NCBI GenBank assembly: GCA_963727775.1
Contig: CAVSHB010000001.1
Location: 288,001-352,000 of the forward strand
Length of the DNA: 64,000 nt
From: an uncultured Nitrospiraceae bacterium
GTDB lineage: Bacteria > Nitrospirota > Thermodesulfovibrionia > Thermodesulfovibrionales > SM23-35
Direction of reading: 5' to 3'
The notes under the pieces were generated by a model. That model saw only the letters and a program-made list of their open reading frames with translations. It was not told the origin of the DNA and did no database searches. The translations under genes were made by a program, and so were the position numbers. Below, piece by piece: positions 54,469 through 64,000 of this stretch (positions are counted from its first letter, which is position 1; every line of letters starts with the position of its first letter).

Positions 54469-55706
54469 TCCAGCCCTCCCATATCAAACTTAGCTACCTC
54501 GCGAAGACCTGACAGATTCACCTTGGCATAGATCCTCGTGGAGAGAGAACTTCGATGCCCTAGGTGATCGCCGACCTCCTTGAGGGAGAAGCCCTCGGCA
54601 ACCAGGTGGGCGGCGCACGCATGCCGCAATGAGTGGGGCCCATGATGGTGAGTGCGTATCCCGAGCTTCACCATTCTGTTACTGACCACAGGATAAAGTG
54701 CTCCTAATGAAAAAGGACGATATGGGGGCAAGAGAGTGAGAAATATCTCTCGATATGAAGAGTGGGGACGCACTTCCTGTAAATAGCGGATTATCGCGTT
54801 GCCTACTATTGGGATCAATGGGTATGTTTGTCTTCCTCTCAGCTTAACTCGGGGTACCGACATAAGTCTCTGTTCCCAGTCGATATCGTCAAGCCTGAGA
54901 GTTGCTACCTCAGTTGATCTCAACCCATAGATCGCAAAAAGCATCACGATGGGTTTGTCTCGTATGTCACTGGCTTGATCTGTCTCCATGCTCTCTATCA
55001 AGAGTCTCACGTTTCCCCAAGATGGTCCCGACGGCAATTGTTCTTGGGCAAAGATACGAGGGCCACGTATATCGGGGGCGATTGAAGACGAACACCACCC
55101 CCGTGAAGCCGCGTACTTGAAAAAGGCCTTCAGCGCGGTCGCCATGTGTTTAACCGATATGCGACAATTGCCCTTGTCACCGTAATGGGTAAGAAACGCG
55201 TCAATATCTTTGAGGCAAACGGCTGAGATATCACAACTCCGAGTGCCATACCAGCGTAGAAACCGTTCAACGTAAGAGCAGTTCCCTCGGATAGTCTGAG
55301 AAGTGAACCCTCGTTCGTTCTTCATCCATGTCCTGAAATCTTCAAGCAAATGACCAAACGGAATGGAAGTATCTTCTCTCCAACAGCCCAAAAAACGTAG
55401 CCACGATCTTGCTGCATTGACAAAGCGACTGCGAGTACAGTGCGGATTAAGCGCTTTTCCCCAATATCGTTCCCGTTCTGTCCATCCTCGGGCGACAGCT
55501 TCGACCTGATTCAGGGTTACTCCGTTTTCAAAAGAAATACGTAGCTTCTTTGCGACCCATAAAAGTTCTCGCGCAATGTTCTGTAAAGTCGAGAGAGAAT
55601 ATCCTTCTTGCTCGCAGTGCTTAAGATAACGCTCCCTCTCCTCTTTGTACGGGGCCTTCTTGTGACGGGATAGAATTGAGAGTTTTGTGTAAAGCTTTTC
55701 AAACAT
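54465..55706 (-). CDS. RIT tyrosine recombinase A
   Basis: YGLRSTE, HSLRHA and LGHRS..STRIYAK motifs. Confidence 0.92.
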   Translation of the reverse strand: MFEKLYTKLSILSRHKKAPYKEERERYLKHCEQEGYSLSTLQNIARELLWVAKKLRISFENGVTLNQVEAVARGWTERERYWGKALNPHCTRSRFVNAARSWLRFLGCWREDTSIPFGHLLEDFRTWMKNERGFTSQTIRGNCSYVERFLRWYGTRSCDISAVCLKDIDAFLTHYGDKGNCRISVKHMATALKAFFKYAASRGWCSSSIAPDIRGPRIFAQEQLPSGPSWGNVRLLIESMETDQASDIRDKPIVMLFAIYGLRSTEVATLRLDDIDWEQRLMSVPRVKLRGRQTYPLIPIVGNAIIRYLQEVRPHSSYREIFLTLLPPYRPFSLGALYPVVSNRMVKLGIRTHHHGPHSLRHACAAHLVAEGFSLKEVGDHLGHRSSLSTRIYAKVNLSGLREVAKFDMGGLE

Positions 55707-55843
55707 GACCGGACCTCCTCTAATAGAGACTTTCCAGCCATATAACGGCAATTACTTATGTGTTGTCAAATCAAAAATAATCATTGCAAATTAAGAAAAT
55801 TGACTGACTTCACAACATAAGTGAATACATAACATAAATCAGG

Positions 55844-55863
55844 TTATGTGTTTAAGCACATAA
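55844..55863. repeat. 20-bp palindrome beside the RIT end
   Basis: TTATGTGTTTAAGCACATAA between ATCAGG and CCTGAT. Confidence 0.85.
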
Positions 55864-56454
55864 CCTGATGCGCACAAATCGATGCGGAAGCACATGAAGA
55901 AGGAACCTTCTTATGAACTCATCGGCCTTAAGAGTCATGATCTTTTGTTTATCACCATCGGCATAGTCCCGCCAGCGGAAGGAAACATTGCCGTCTTCAA
56001 CGTTTAGGACACGATTATTACTGATAGCAATCCTGTGGGTATATCTGCCCAGATACTTGAGGACACCCTCGGCGCCGTCAAAAGGCGGCTTGCAATATAC
56101 AACCCACTTCTTATGGTAGAACTGTCCTCTGAACACCTCAAAGGTTCCGGGGTCTTTAAGATGACGGATACCGCCAGGGAAGATAAGATCACCTGATTCA
56201 AACCTGTTTTTGAGATGGTCCAGGAACTTGCCCCTGAACAATGAGGACATAACCCTTACAGGCATGAAAAAACCTTTCCTGCACGATACCCAATGTTTTC
56301 CATCAGGTGACAATCCGCCGCCGGGTACGACACAGTGAATATGGGGATGATCCATAAGGTTTTGTCCCCAGGTGTGAAGGATGCCGATAAAGCCTGTATG
56401 TGCGCCGAGGTGTTTCGGATTATTGGAGAGCTCCATAAGTGTCTCGGAGACTGC
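55864..56454 (-). pseudogene. IS91-family (HUH/Y2) transposase, central fragment
   Basis: LHTWG, HPHIH, YLGRYTHR and RRFLLHVLP motifs; N-terminal part deleted. Confidence 0.9.
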
Positions 56455-57127
56455 CTGAGCGTATGTGGGCTTACTGGTTTTGTTATGCCGGCGCGCTCTT
56501 TGGCCTCAACGAATATCTGTCGTATTGTACTTAGACATACATGAGCTCCTTCCTTTTGTCAAACAACCAGTCTTTCGGACGATATTCTCTCCAGTATTGC
56601 CTCAGACACTCAAGAGCGGTCTGAGACAGGATGGTGTAACGGTCTTTGCCCCCCTTGCCTTGCTGAACTCTTACCATCATCCGCTTGCTGTCGATATCGC
56701 TTACCTTAAGGTGTGCTGTTTCGCTTATCCGGAGGCCTGCAGAATAGGTAATCGTCAGGATCGCCCGGTGCTTTAGATTCTCCATGACGGAAAGCAAAGT
56801 CTTGACTTCTGCCAAATCCAGAACCACAGGAAGTTTGTTTTTCCCTCTGGGACAATGAATCTTCTCCACGACCTCTTCCCGTTTTAACGTGTGCTTATAT
56901 AGAAACTTCAAACCCTGGTAATAAAACCGGTATGTCCCCTTGGCCAACTTCCGTTCGTTCAAAAGATACAGCAAATACTCTCTGAGTTCCTTCTCTCCAA
57001 GTTCCTCCGGCGACTTGCCGAAGTACTTTGCATAATTGCTTACTTCCCTCAGATAAACCTTTTGGGTCTTGGGGGTAAGTCCCTTCAACTGAAGCTCTGC
57101 CAACATCTGTTCTCTCAATGTGCTCAT
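56455..57127 (-). pseudogene. Tyrosine integrase (SAM-like N-terminus), frameshifted and truncated at HTLR
   Basis: KLPVVL, YSAGLRISE and GKGGKDR motifs; frameshift after WLF; fused to the transposase fragment. Confidence 0.85.
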
Positions 57128-57466
57128 ATCCAATCTCCTTTGAATCGATATGCGCCGACGAAGGCCGACGGGGAAACAAAGGAAATTGTAAAAAGACTTC
57201 GATTGTTCAACAAGGGGGGGAATAGCAGACTAACTTCTACAACTCAGAAAAAGGTCTATCTTATCCAGAAAAGGCTCACGCCTCGTTAACCACCGCGCAG
57301 CGGTTTAGTTCTTCGGTACAAACTCTTCATGAGTTGCCGCTTCGCATAAATGTGGAGCTTGCTATATTGTTGTAGAGTTAGGCCTTGTTAAAGAAGGCTA
57401 TACTCTTTCTTGATTCAGACCAATGTGCGAGTTGGTTAAATCCAAACCAAAGAAAGGAGTATAGCC

Positions 57467-58729
57467 ATGAAGAAGAGTAAAACAAAAAAGTTTAAAGTAG
57501 TCAATGGTAGAACGATGATTGTGACAGCTGATATGGGAAAGGATAGACATTTTGGATACTGGCGCTGTCCGGACGGAAGCGATGTGAAGCCCTTTGCCTT
57601 CTGGAACAACGGCAGGGGTTTCCAAGAGTTCTGGGATCGTGTATCTTATGCCAAAAAGCTCCATAACATCGAAGATATTGTTTTTGGATACGAGTCCACC
57701 GGGCCGTATGCCGAACCTCTTGTTCATTTCATGCGTGCGAGAGGCGTACACATGGTACAAGTAAGCCCTATGCACACTAAGAGGCTTAAGGAGCTTCAGG
57801 GTAATTCGCCGAACAAGACCGACCAGAAAGACCCAAAGGTTATCGCTGATATTATGGCACTTGGCCACGCCCTGACTGTAGTGATCCCGGAAGGTCCAGC
57901 GGCCGAACTCAGGAGGCTCACTCAGGCCAGGGAAAGGAGCAACGAGCGTTATGTATCCCTGGTGAACCAGCTCCAGAGCTTGCTTGCGATTATCTTTCCT
58001 GAGTTTTTGCAGGTAATGAAGGATGTAAAGACGTTGACTGCCCGATATCTCCTTGCGCAGTGCCCAGCACCCAAGGATATTGTCGCGTACAGTCTTGATA
58101 ATTTGAGTGCAACGATCAATAAGGTCAGCCGCGGAAAGCTGAAGGAAGATCGCGCCAAGGCCCTCTATGAGGCTGCAACAGCTTCTATAGGTGTAACCGA
58201 AGGCATGACGAGCATTATACGTGAGATAAGAGAACTTCTTATCGCCATGGACGCTGCTGAGTCCTTTACCGGGGATCTGGAAAAGGAAATGGGGTATTAT
58301 CTGAAGCAGATTCCCTACAGTGGCTCGATCCTCTCGATAAAGGGGATTAAAGAGGTTACCACTGCCGGTCTTATCGGTGAAGTGGGTGATTTTCGGAAGT
58401 TTCAAACCCTCTCCGAGATCCTAAAGCTCGCAGGGCTGGACCTTTATGAGATCAGTTCTGGCCAATACAAGGGGAAGCGACGCATATCTAAGCGAGGCCG
58501 TCACCTGCTGCGTAAACTTTTGTACTTTGCCTCGCTCAACACAGTCCGCAGAGGTGGAATAATGCACGATCAATATCAAAAGTACCTTGAGCGGGGCATG
58601 CCTAAGACCAAGGCGCTGATCGCCGTAGCAAGAAAACTTCTTGGAATCATATTTGCTGTTGTGCGTGACCAAAGTGTATACAAAAAAGATTTCTCTATAG
58701 TCTCACTTCAATACCAGGAGGCTGCATAA
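57467..58729 (+). CDS. IS110 DEDD recombinase
   Basis: ADMGK, YESTG, KTDQKD, ISSG and ISKRG motifs. Confidence 0.93.
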   Translation: MKKSKTKKFKVVNGRTMIVTADMGKDRHFGYWRCPDGSDVKPFAFWNNGRGFQEFWDRVSYAKKLHNIEDIVFGYESTGPYAEPLVHFMRARGVHMVQVSPMHTKRLKELQGNSPNKTDQKDPKVIADIMALGHALTVVIPEGPAAELRRLTQARERSNERYVSLVNQLQSLLAIIFPEFLQVMKDVKTLTARYLLAQCPAPKDIVAYSLDNLSATINKVSRGKLKEDRAKALYEAATASIGVTEGMTSIIREIRELLIAMDAAESFTGDLEKEMGYYLKQIPYSGSILSIKGIKEVTTAGLIGEVGDFRKFQTLSEILKLAGLDLYEISSGQYKGKRRISKRGRHLLRKLLYFASLNTVRRGGIMHDQYQKYLERGMPKTKALIAVARKLLGIIFAVVRDQSVYKKDFSIVSLQYQEAA

Positions 58730-58743
58730 CTTATAGTATTGGC

Positions 58744-58910
58744 GTGTAAGCGGGGAGATTACCGACCTGATACCTAAGGCGGCTGAGCCGACCTTCATGC
58801 GGAGCTTGTAACTCCCCGCTTGCACCTTAGTCTCGATTAAGCAAGGTCAGGGCTCTGTTGAGACCCTCGAATTACCAGTGTCAGGCAAGGTGCTACACCA
58901 AAGACTAAAG
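58744..58910 (+). ncRNA. Putative bridge RNA/seekRNA of element C
   Basis: Stem GTGTAAGCGGGGAG / CTCCCCGCTTGCAC enclosing ACCTGATAC and ATGCGGAGCTTG, which match the flanks; second stem TTAGTCT / AGACTAA. Confidence 0.65.
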
Positions 58911-59329
58911 TGACTTCCTCCTAATGGAGATGGAAGTGAGAAGGTTGATATAAGGTTAAGTGAAAGGAGCCAAGAGGAGGCATAAAAAAGAGAAACGCCG
59001 AATCCAGGGGATACCGTAATATGGGTCATGCTGAGATAATCGATCCTATAGCTTTCTACGAAGCCGCTTTTTCAGAATTGGCTCTCAAACATGCAGAATG
59101 GATTACGTAATGAGACAAGGGATCTGGGGGCAAAGAACGAAGCAGAAACCATTGAAGCCAGGAAACCTTAGTAGTGGCTTGTCTCTATCAGAGGGGAGTT
59201 ACTCCGTAAAAAGTTCTTGACAATAATAAACCAGTATCAGGTGGACCTCGCGGTGGCCGGGTTCTTCAGAACGTATCGAGTGGGTCAGATAACCTTTTCA
59301 TAAGGTCTCCACTTTGGTAAAATAATGTC

Positions 59330-59515
59330 ATGGATTTATTTAAATCATTCACTTTTAAATGGTGGCAGGGAAGCTTTTTCAAATTATCCATGATTTCGCT
59401 TGGAATCATCTTGGGTGTCTACTTCCAAACATTCTTCCTCAAGTGGATCGTTATTGTGACAATTATTTTTATTGTGCCTGCAATCTATCTTTTCCGCGTA
59501 TGGTGGAGGCAATGA
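59330..59515 (+). CDS. Small two-TM hypothetical protein
   Basis: 61-aa hydrophobic ORF. Confidence 0.55.
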   Translation: MDLFKSFTFKWWQGSFFKLSMISLGIILGVYFQTFFLKWIVIVTIIFIVPAIYLFRVWWRQ

Positions 59516-59598
59516 CTTAGCTAGCTGCTTCACGCTGAAAGTGGATGTTGAATAATTGATTGTAATGCGTTAATGAACGCAATACTTAATATTTTGAT

Positions 59599-60192
59599 CT
59601 ACTTACTTCTGCGAGAGGCTTTCATCTTTTCACTGCCCTTATCCGCGTTCGCCTTCGCCTTAGAAGAGTATAGGAGGGTACGCATTAGTCCTGTTCTGTT
59701 ATCAACACCTGTTTTTATATAAATGTTGCTCAGATGGTCCTTTACGGTTTGCTCAGATATCTCAAGATCCTCAGCAATTTCAATTTTATTACGGCCGTCA
59801 AGAACTCTTCTAAGAATATCGTTTTCTCGCCTCGACAGCCTGAACTGTTGTCGGACTTCGTCCATGTTCAGCTTATTGGAAATGGTTTCTTCAATAATGA
59901 CAAGATAGATAATTGGATCCGGTTTATCGTAAGTATAGATCCTGAATATCCAATGGCTCGGGGAACCTCTGAATTTCTTTGTGAAACATATTTCTCCGGG
60001 GAATAGTTCGTTTAATCTCCCGCTGTCGATGGCATCGAATATCCTGTTTTTGATAATTGTTATTTCAGCGGGAAGATCGAACCGGCCAAGAAAGCTGGTT
60101 GCCTTTTTGTTCGTGTAAAAAATGCTCTTTCGATTGAAGATTATCAGACCTATGGGGAGTTTTTTCAGAATAAACTCTATCTCTTCGTTCAT
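59599..60192 (-). CDS. LuxR-family HTH regulator with PAS-like N-terminus
   Basis: LSRRENDIL and ISEQTVKDHLSNIY motifs. Confidence 0.85.
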   Translation of the reverse strand: MNEEIEFILKKLPIGLIIFNRKSIFYTNKKATSFLGRFDLPAEITIIKNRIFDAIDSGRLNELFPGEICFTKKFRGSPSHWIFRIYTYDKPDPIIYLVIIEETISNKLNMDEVRQQFRLSRRENDILRRVLDGRNKIEIAEDLEISEQTVKDHLSNIYIKTGVDNRTGLMRTLLYSSKAKANADKGSEKMKASRRSK

Positions 60193-60340
60193 TCTCTTCC
60201 TCTCTTTTTTATGTTAACTATATCATTTTCAGGAATGAAAGAAAATGTCTTTTTACGTGAAACGACCCGACGGGAATAACCGGAATACGCAAGAGTGCCA
60301 AAAGATCACTGGCTATTCGGATCTAATGACCCGGAGAAAT

Positions 60341-60580
60341 TCAGTTCCTTGACCTCTTGAAATCCCTTAGATCGTCAGGATCAAGCACTATACTCCTGCC
60401 TATCCTCCGCGACTTAAGGGACCCTTTCTTTACCCATCGCCTGACTGTGATGTTCGCAACATCGAGATACTCAGCGGCCTCCTTTATCGTAAAGGGCTCA
60501 TTGAGGTCTTCAAACACTTCTGCGTGAGTGTAAGTATCCTTTTCAAAGCCCTGCCTTGCAATTACCGTAAAAAGCCTCTC
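60341..60580 (-). pseudogene. Excisionase/MerR-type (HTH_17) DNA-binding protein, 5'-truncated
   Basis: FTIKEAAEYLDVANITVRRWVKKGSLKSRRIG; no start codon found immediately upstream. Confidence 0.65.
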
Positions 60581-60651
60581 CGATAAACCGAACCGATATA
60601 TGTAAAAAATGTATAATATATGAAGCAGTTAAAAAGGGGGTGAGCTATAAA

Positions 60652-60852
60652 ATGTTCGGTACTCAGGATATAGTCCTTATCGGGATAATAGTTGTTGTGC
60701 TGTTTGGCGCAACCAAATTGCCCCAGTTGGGGAAGGGGTTAGGCCAGGCAATAGGAAATTTCAAAAAATCCATGAATGAACCTGAAAAGTTGGAAGAAAC
60801 AACAAAAGACAGCTCGGAAAATGAAGAGACACAGAAAAAGGAAAGTGAATAG
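60652..60852 (+). CDS. tatA: Twin-arginine translocase TatA/E
   Basis: LFGATKLPQLGKGLGQAIGNFKK. Confidence 0.9.
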   Translation: MFGTQDIVLIGIIVVVLFGATKLPQLGKGLGQAIGNFKKSMNEPEKLEETTKDSSENEETQKKESE

Positions 60853-61812
60853 ATGAACAAGAAATTCCTTAAATCAGTATCGCTCATAACAGCCCTGCTG
60901 TTTATAAGCATTGCCGTCTTTGAACTTGACGCTTTTGCGAGGGCAGGCGGCGGTAGGTCTTTCGGCAGCAGGGGCTCGATGAGTTATTCCTCTCCGAGCC
61001 GATCGTATTCCGGTCCTTCAAGACAACAGGCTGCACCATCTCCTGCGCAGCCTTCATCGCCTCAGTCGCCGGGCGGCGGTTTTATGAGGAGTTTCGGTGG
61101 AGGGTTGCTCGGCGGGATGGTAGGCGGGATGCTCTTCAGGAGTCTCGGTTTCGGTGGATATGGAGGCGGGTTCGGCGGCAGCGGCATAGGCATCTTTGAA
61201 ATCCTGCTGATTTTTGCAATCGGGTATTTCATAATCAGAACAATCAAAAGAAACAGAAGGGAAGCGAATCTTTCCTACCAGACTTCGTCTCAACAGGGAG
61301 GTTACCGGACGGAAGGCTTCCCCGTAAATGAGAACAGCGGACAAGCATATAAAGAAGATATTTCCGTCGGGATATCGCATGTCCGGCAGTTTGATCCATC
61401 TTTTGACGAAGACCGCTTTAAAGACACTGCAATGGATATTTTCTTCAAAATCCAGGGGGCCTGGATGAACAGGAATTTGTCCCCGGTAAACGGCTTATTG
61501 ACAGCTGATATGAGGTCTATTTTCCAGGAGGATATCAACTCTCTGTTAAGAGAAAAAAGGGTGAACAGACTCGAAAACATCGCGGTAAGGAGCGTTGAAA
61601 TTGCCGAGGCCTGGCAGGAAGCAGGACAGGATTTTATTACGGTCCTTTTTCGGGCAAACCTCCTGGATTATACTACGGATGATATAACGGGAGAAGTTGT
61701 CGCAGGGAGCAAAACAGACCCTGTAAAATTTGAGGAATACTGGACTTTGACGAGGACGGTAGGAAATAACCCCTGGAGGCTTTCAGCGATTCAGCAGACA
61801 CAAAATAGTTAA
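60853..61812 (+). CDS. Tim44-domain membrane protein
   Basis: ARAGGGRSFGSRG, Gly-rich region, FEEYWTL..WRLSAIQQ. Confidence 0.88.
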   Translation: MNKKFLKSVSLITALLFISIAVFELDAFARAGGGRSFGSRGSMSYSSPSRSYSGPSRQQAAPSPAQPSSPQSPGGGFMRSFGGGLLGGMVGGMLFRSLGFGGYGGGFGGSGIGIFEILLIFAIGYFIIRTIKRNRREANLSYQTSSQQGGYRTEGFPVNENSGQAYKEDISVGISHVRQFDPSFDEDRFKDTAMDIFFKIQGAWMNRNLSPVNGLLTADMRSIFQEDINSLLREKRVNRLENIAVRSVEIAEAWQEAGQDFITVLFRANLLDYTTDDITGEVVAGSKTDPVKFEEYWTLTRTVGNNPWRLSAIQQTQNS

Positions 61813-61825
61813 ATAAGTAATAAAA

Positions 61826-61881
61826 TGTCTCAAATAAAAAACCCATCGATTTAAATGTCGACGGGTTTTTTATTTGAGACA
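61826..61881. terminator. Bidirectional rho-independent terminator
   Basis: TGTCTCAAATAAAAAACCC...GGGTTTTTTATTTGAGACA. Confidence 0.75.
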
Positions 61882-61917
61882 ATTATGTTGGCTTGGTATA
61901 AAATCATTATAGGTTCT

Positions 61918-64000
61918 ATGGACAATAATCTTGACATCAAAACCATCCCGGGCCTATCTAATGCCGAAGCAGTCCGAAGGCTGAAAACAGAGGGCTACAA
62001 CGAACTCCCGTCTACTAAAAAGCGCAGTGTCTTTGCAATCGCATTTGAAGTGGTGCGCGAGCCGATGTTTTTGCTTTTGATTACCGGCGGGGCAATATAT
62101 CTCTTGCTGGGTGATATACGTGAAGCGGTAATGCTGCTCAGTTTTGTGTTCGTTGTCATGGGCATTACTCTCTATCAGGAACGCAAGACTGAGCGGGCTT
62201 TGGAGGCCTTGAGGGATTTATCAAGCCCGCGTGCCTTGGTAATAAGAGATGGCGAGCAACAGAGAATTCCGGGCCGTGAAGTAGTACGGGGAGATATTAT
62301 AGTGCTTTCCGAGGGCAACAGGGTGCCGGCGGACGCGGTAATAATCTCCTGTGTAAGCCTGTCCGTTGATGAATCTCTGTTAACCGGAGAATCGGCGCCT
62401 GTGAGAAAAACCTTGTGCGATGGGACCGCCGGGATGTCGCCTCCGGGAGGTGATGATTTGCCTTCTGTTTACTCAGGGACTTTGACGGTCAAAGGGTTCG
62501 GCATTGCCGAGGTCTGGGCAACCGGCATGAATACCGAAATCGGGAAGATAGGCAAGGCGTTGCAGACAATCGAACCCCAGGAGACCCCATTGCAAAAAGA
62601 GACCAGGCAACTCGTGCGGAATCTTGCCGTTGTGGGCTTGGTGCTTTGTATACTGGTGATTACGGTGTACGGACTCACCAAAGGTAACTGGCTTAACGGG
62701 CTTCTGGCGGGCATAACTTTGGCGATGGCAATGTTACCGGAAGAATTCCCTGTGGTGTTGACCGTTTTTCTGGCATTAGGAGCATGGAGGATTTCCCAAA
62801 GGCGGGTCCTTACCCGAAGGATACCTGTAGTAGAAACACTCGGGTCAGCCTCTGTCTTATGCGTGGACAAAACCGGGACCTTGACTTTAAACAGGATGTC
62901 GGCACGTAAAATATTTTCCCGCGACAAATTTCATGATTTGGACCAGCGGGACAATAGTCTTCCCGAAAATTTCCATGAAGTCATAGAATTCAGCATGCTG
63001 GCAAGCCAGGTATCCCCTTTCGACCCAATGGAAAAAGCCTTAAGGGAATTAGGCGGGAACGCCCTGTCCGGGACCGAGCATCTCCATACCAACTGGACGC
63101 TGGTGCAGGAATATCCCCTGTCGCAAAACCTGATGGCGATGTCGCGCGTCTGGAAATCACCCGACAGCAGAAATTATATTATCGCTTCAAAAGGCTCTCC
63201 GGAAGCCATTGCCGACATATGCCATTTGGATAAAAAACAACTTCAGGGGTTATTAGGCCATATCAATTCTATGGCTGAGGAAGGTCTCAGAATAATCGGG
63301 GTGGCCAAGGCCGAATTCAAACAGACAGACCTCCCCGGTGAGCAGCATGATTTTAAATTTGAATTCCTGGGGCTCATCGGATTGGCAGACCCGATTCGTC
63401 ACGGTGTTGCCGCAGCAATCAAGGAATGTTATACCGCAGGCATCAGGGTCGTCATGATTACCGGTGATTATCCTGTTACCGCTCAAAATATAGCGGGACA
63501 GATAGGGCTTAAACAATCGGACGGAATCATTACAGGCTTAGAACTGGAGGCAATGAACGATTTAGAACTCGGGGAACGCATCAGGACAGCCAATATCTTT
63601 GCTCGGGTTGTCCCGGAACAAAAGCTGCGCATTGTAAATGCCCTCAAAGCCCATGGAGAGGTCGTTGCCATGACGGGGGACGGTGTTAATGATGCAGCAG
63701 CCTTGAAATCCGCACACATAGGCATAGCAATGGGAGGGCGCGGTACCGACGTGGCCCGTGAGGCTTCTTCCATAGTGTTGCTGGATGATGACTTTTCTTC
63801 TATAGTGCAGGCTGTTAGAATGGGGCGCAGGATTTTCGATAATCTAAAAAAAGCGATGGCCTATATATTTGCAATCCACATCCCCATTGCCGGGATGTCG
63901 CTGCTCCCCGTCCTTTTCAATTGGCCTCTGGTGCTGCTGCCTTTCCATATAGTTTTCCTTGAACTGATCATCGACCCGGCATGTTCAATCGGTTTTGAAG
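61918..64000 (+). CDS. Cation-transporting P-type ATPase (partial; absent from the ORF track)
   Basis: LTGES, LPEEF, DKTGTLT, MITGD and GDGVND motifs. Confidence 0.92.
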   Translation, partial: MDNNLDIKTIPGLSNAEAVRRLKTEGYNELPSTKKRSVFAIAFEVVREPMFLLLITGGAIYLLLGDIREAVMLLSFVFVVMGITLYQERKTERALEALRDLSSPRALVIRDGEQQRIPGREVVRGDIIVLSEGNRVPADAVIISCVSLSVDESLLTGESAPVRKTLCDGTAGMSPPGGDDLPSVYSGTLTVKGFGIAEVWATGMNTEIGKIGKALQTIEPQETPLQKETRQLVRNLAVVGLVLCILVITVYGLTKGNWLNGLLAGITLAMAMLPEEFPVVLTVFLALGAWRISQRRVLTRRIPVVETLGSASVLCVDKTGTLTLNRMSARKIFSRDKFHDLDQRDNSLPENFHEVIEFSMLASQVSPFDPMEKALRELGGNALSGTEHLHTNWTLVQEYPLSQNLMAMSRVWKSPDSRNYIIASKGSPEAIADICHLDKKQLQGLLGHINSMAEEGLRIIGVAKAEFKQTDLPGEQHDFKFEFLGLIGLADPIRHGVAAAIKECYTAGIRVVMITGDYPVTAQNIAGQIGLKQSDGIITGLELEAMNDLELGERIRTANIFARVVPEQKLRIVNALKAHGEVVAMTGDGVNDAAALKSAHIGIAMGGRGTDVAREASSIVLLDDDFSSIVQAVRMGRRIFDNLKKAMAYIFAIHIPIAGMSLLPVLFNWPLVLLPFHIVFLELIIDPACSIGFE

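Larger units (their letters stand above)
52437..55837 (-). mobile_element. RIT (recombinase-in-trio) element
   Basis: Three overlapping tyrosine recombinase genes; 25-bp inverted repeat TTATGTTAT(A/G)TATTCACTTATGTTG; internal CACAACATAAGT repeats. Confidence 0.92.
51926..57310 (-). mobile_element. Tyrosine-integrase + IS91-like (Y2) transposase element, degraded
   Basis: Inverted ends AACTAAGCCGGTGCGC / GCGCAGCGGTTTAGTT (14/16); integrase-transposase gene pair. Confidence 0.8.
57362..59234 (+). mobile_element. IS110-family element C (ends inferred from guide matches)
   Basis: Transposase plus long structured 3' non-coding region; TTGACA near the right end. Confidence 0.7.

Noticed and set aside
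56455..57127. Integron integrase intI
   Set aside because: No IntI-specific insertion before HTLR; paired with an IS91-like transposase; no cassette array
57398..58405. 335-aa minus-strand ORF
   Set aside because: Antisense shadow of the IS110 recombinase with no recognisable motifs
60241..60600. c-di-GMP riboswitch upstream of the LuxR gene
   Set aside because: No convincing consensus; most of the region is a truncated HTH gene

Overview
Bacterial chromosomal window; gene content and order suggest Nitrospirota (Thermodesulfovibrionia-like) or a related anaerobe, which is inference only. Core-like blocks: kdpDE; rpsF-ssb-rpsR-DUF507x2-GGDEF; ppx, 2-oxoacid oxidoreductase beta/gamma, GNAT, rubredoxin, hisI; DUF4390-ntrY-ntrX; a sigma54-driven TauE/USP cluster; tatA, Tim44 and a P-type ATPase. 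These alternate with decaying accessory DNA: an N-type ATPase operon with a stop in atpD, IS1380 x2, IS630 x2, a chimeric nested group II intron, BrnTA, and a roughly 9.5-kb pile of nested mobile elements at 49.8-59.3 kb. Two main signals. (1) Three IS110/IS1111 elements have downstream ncRNAs with guide segments matching their own flanks; two close paralogs carry different guides, one aimed at the insertion junction of another mobile element. (2) A 20-bp TTAT-N12-ATAA palindrome with 6-bp flanking spacers sits both at a RIT element end and at the fusion point of two different group II intron RT genes, suggesting RIT-type recombination sites that shuffle other mobile elements. All calls were made by eye; no searches were run.
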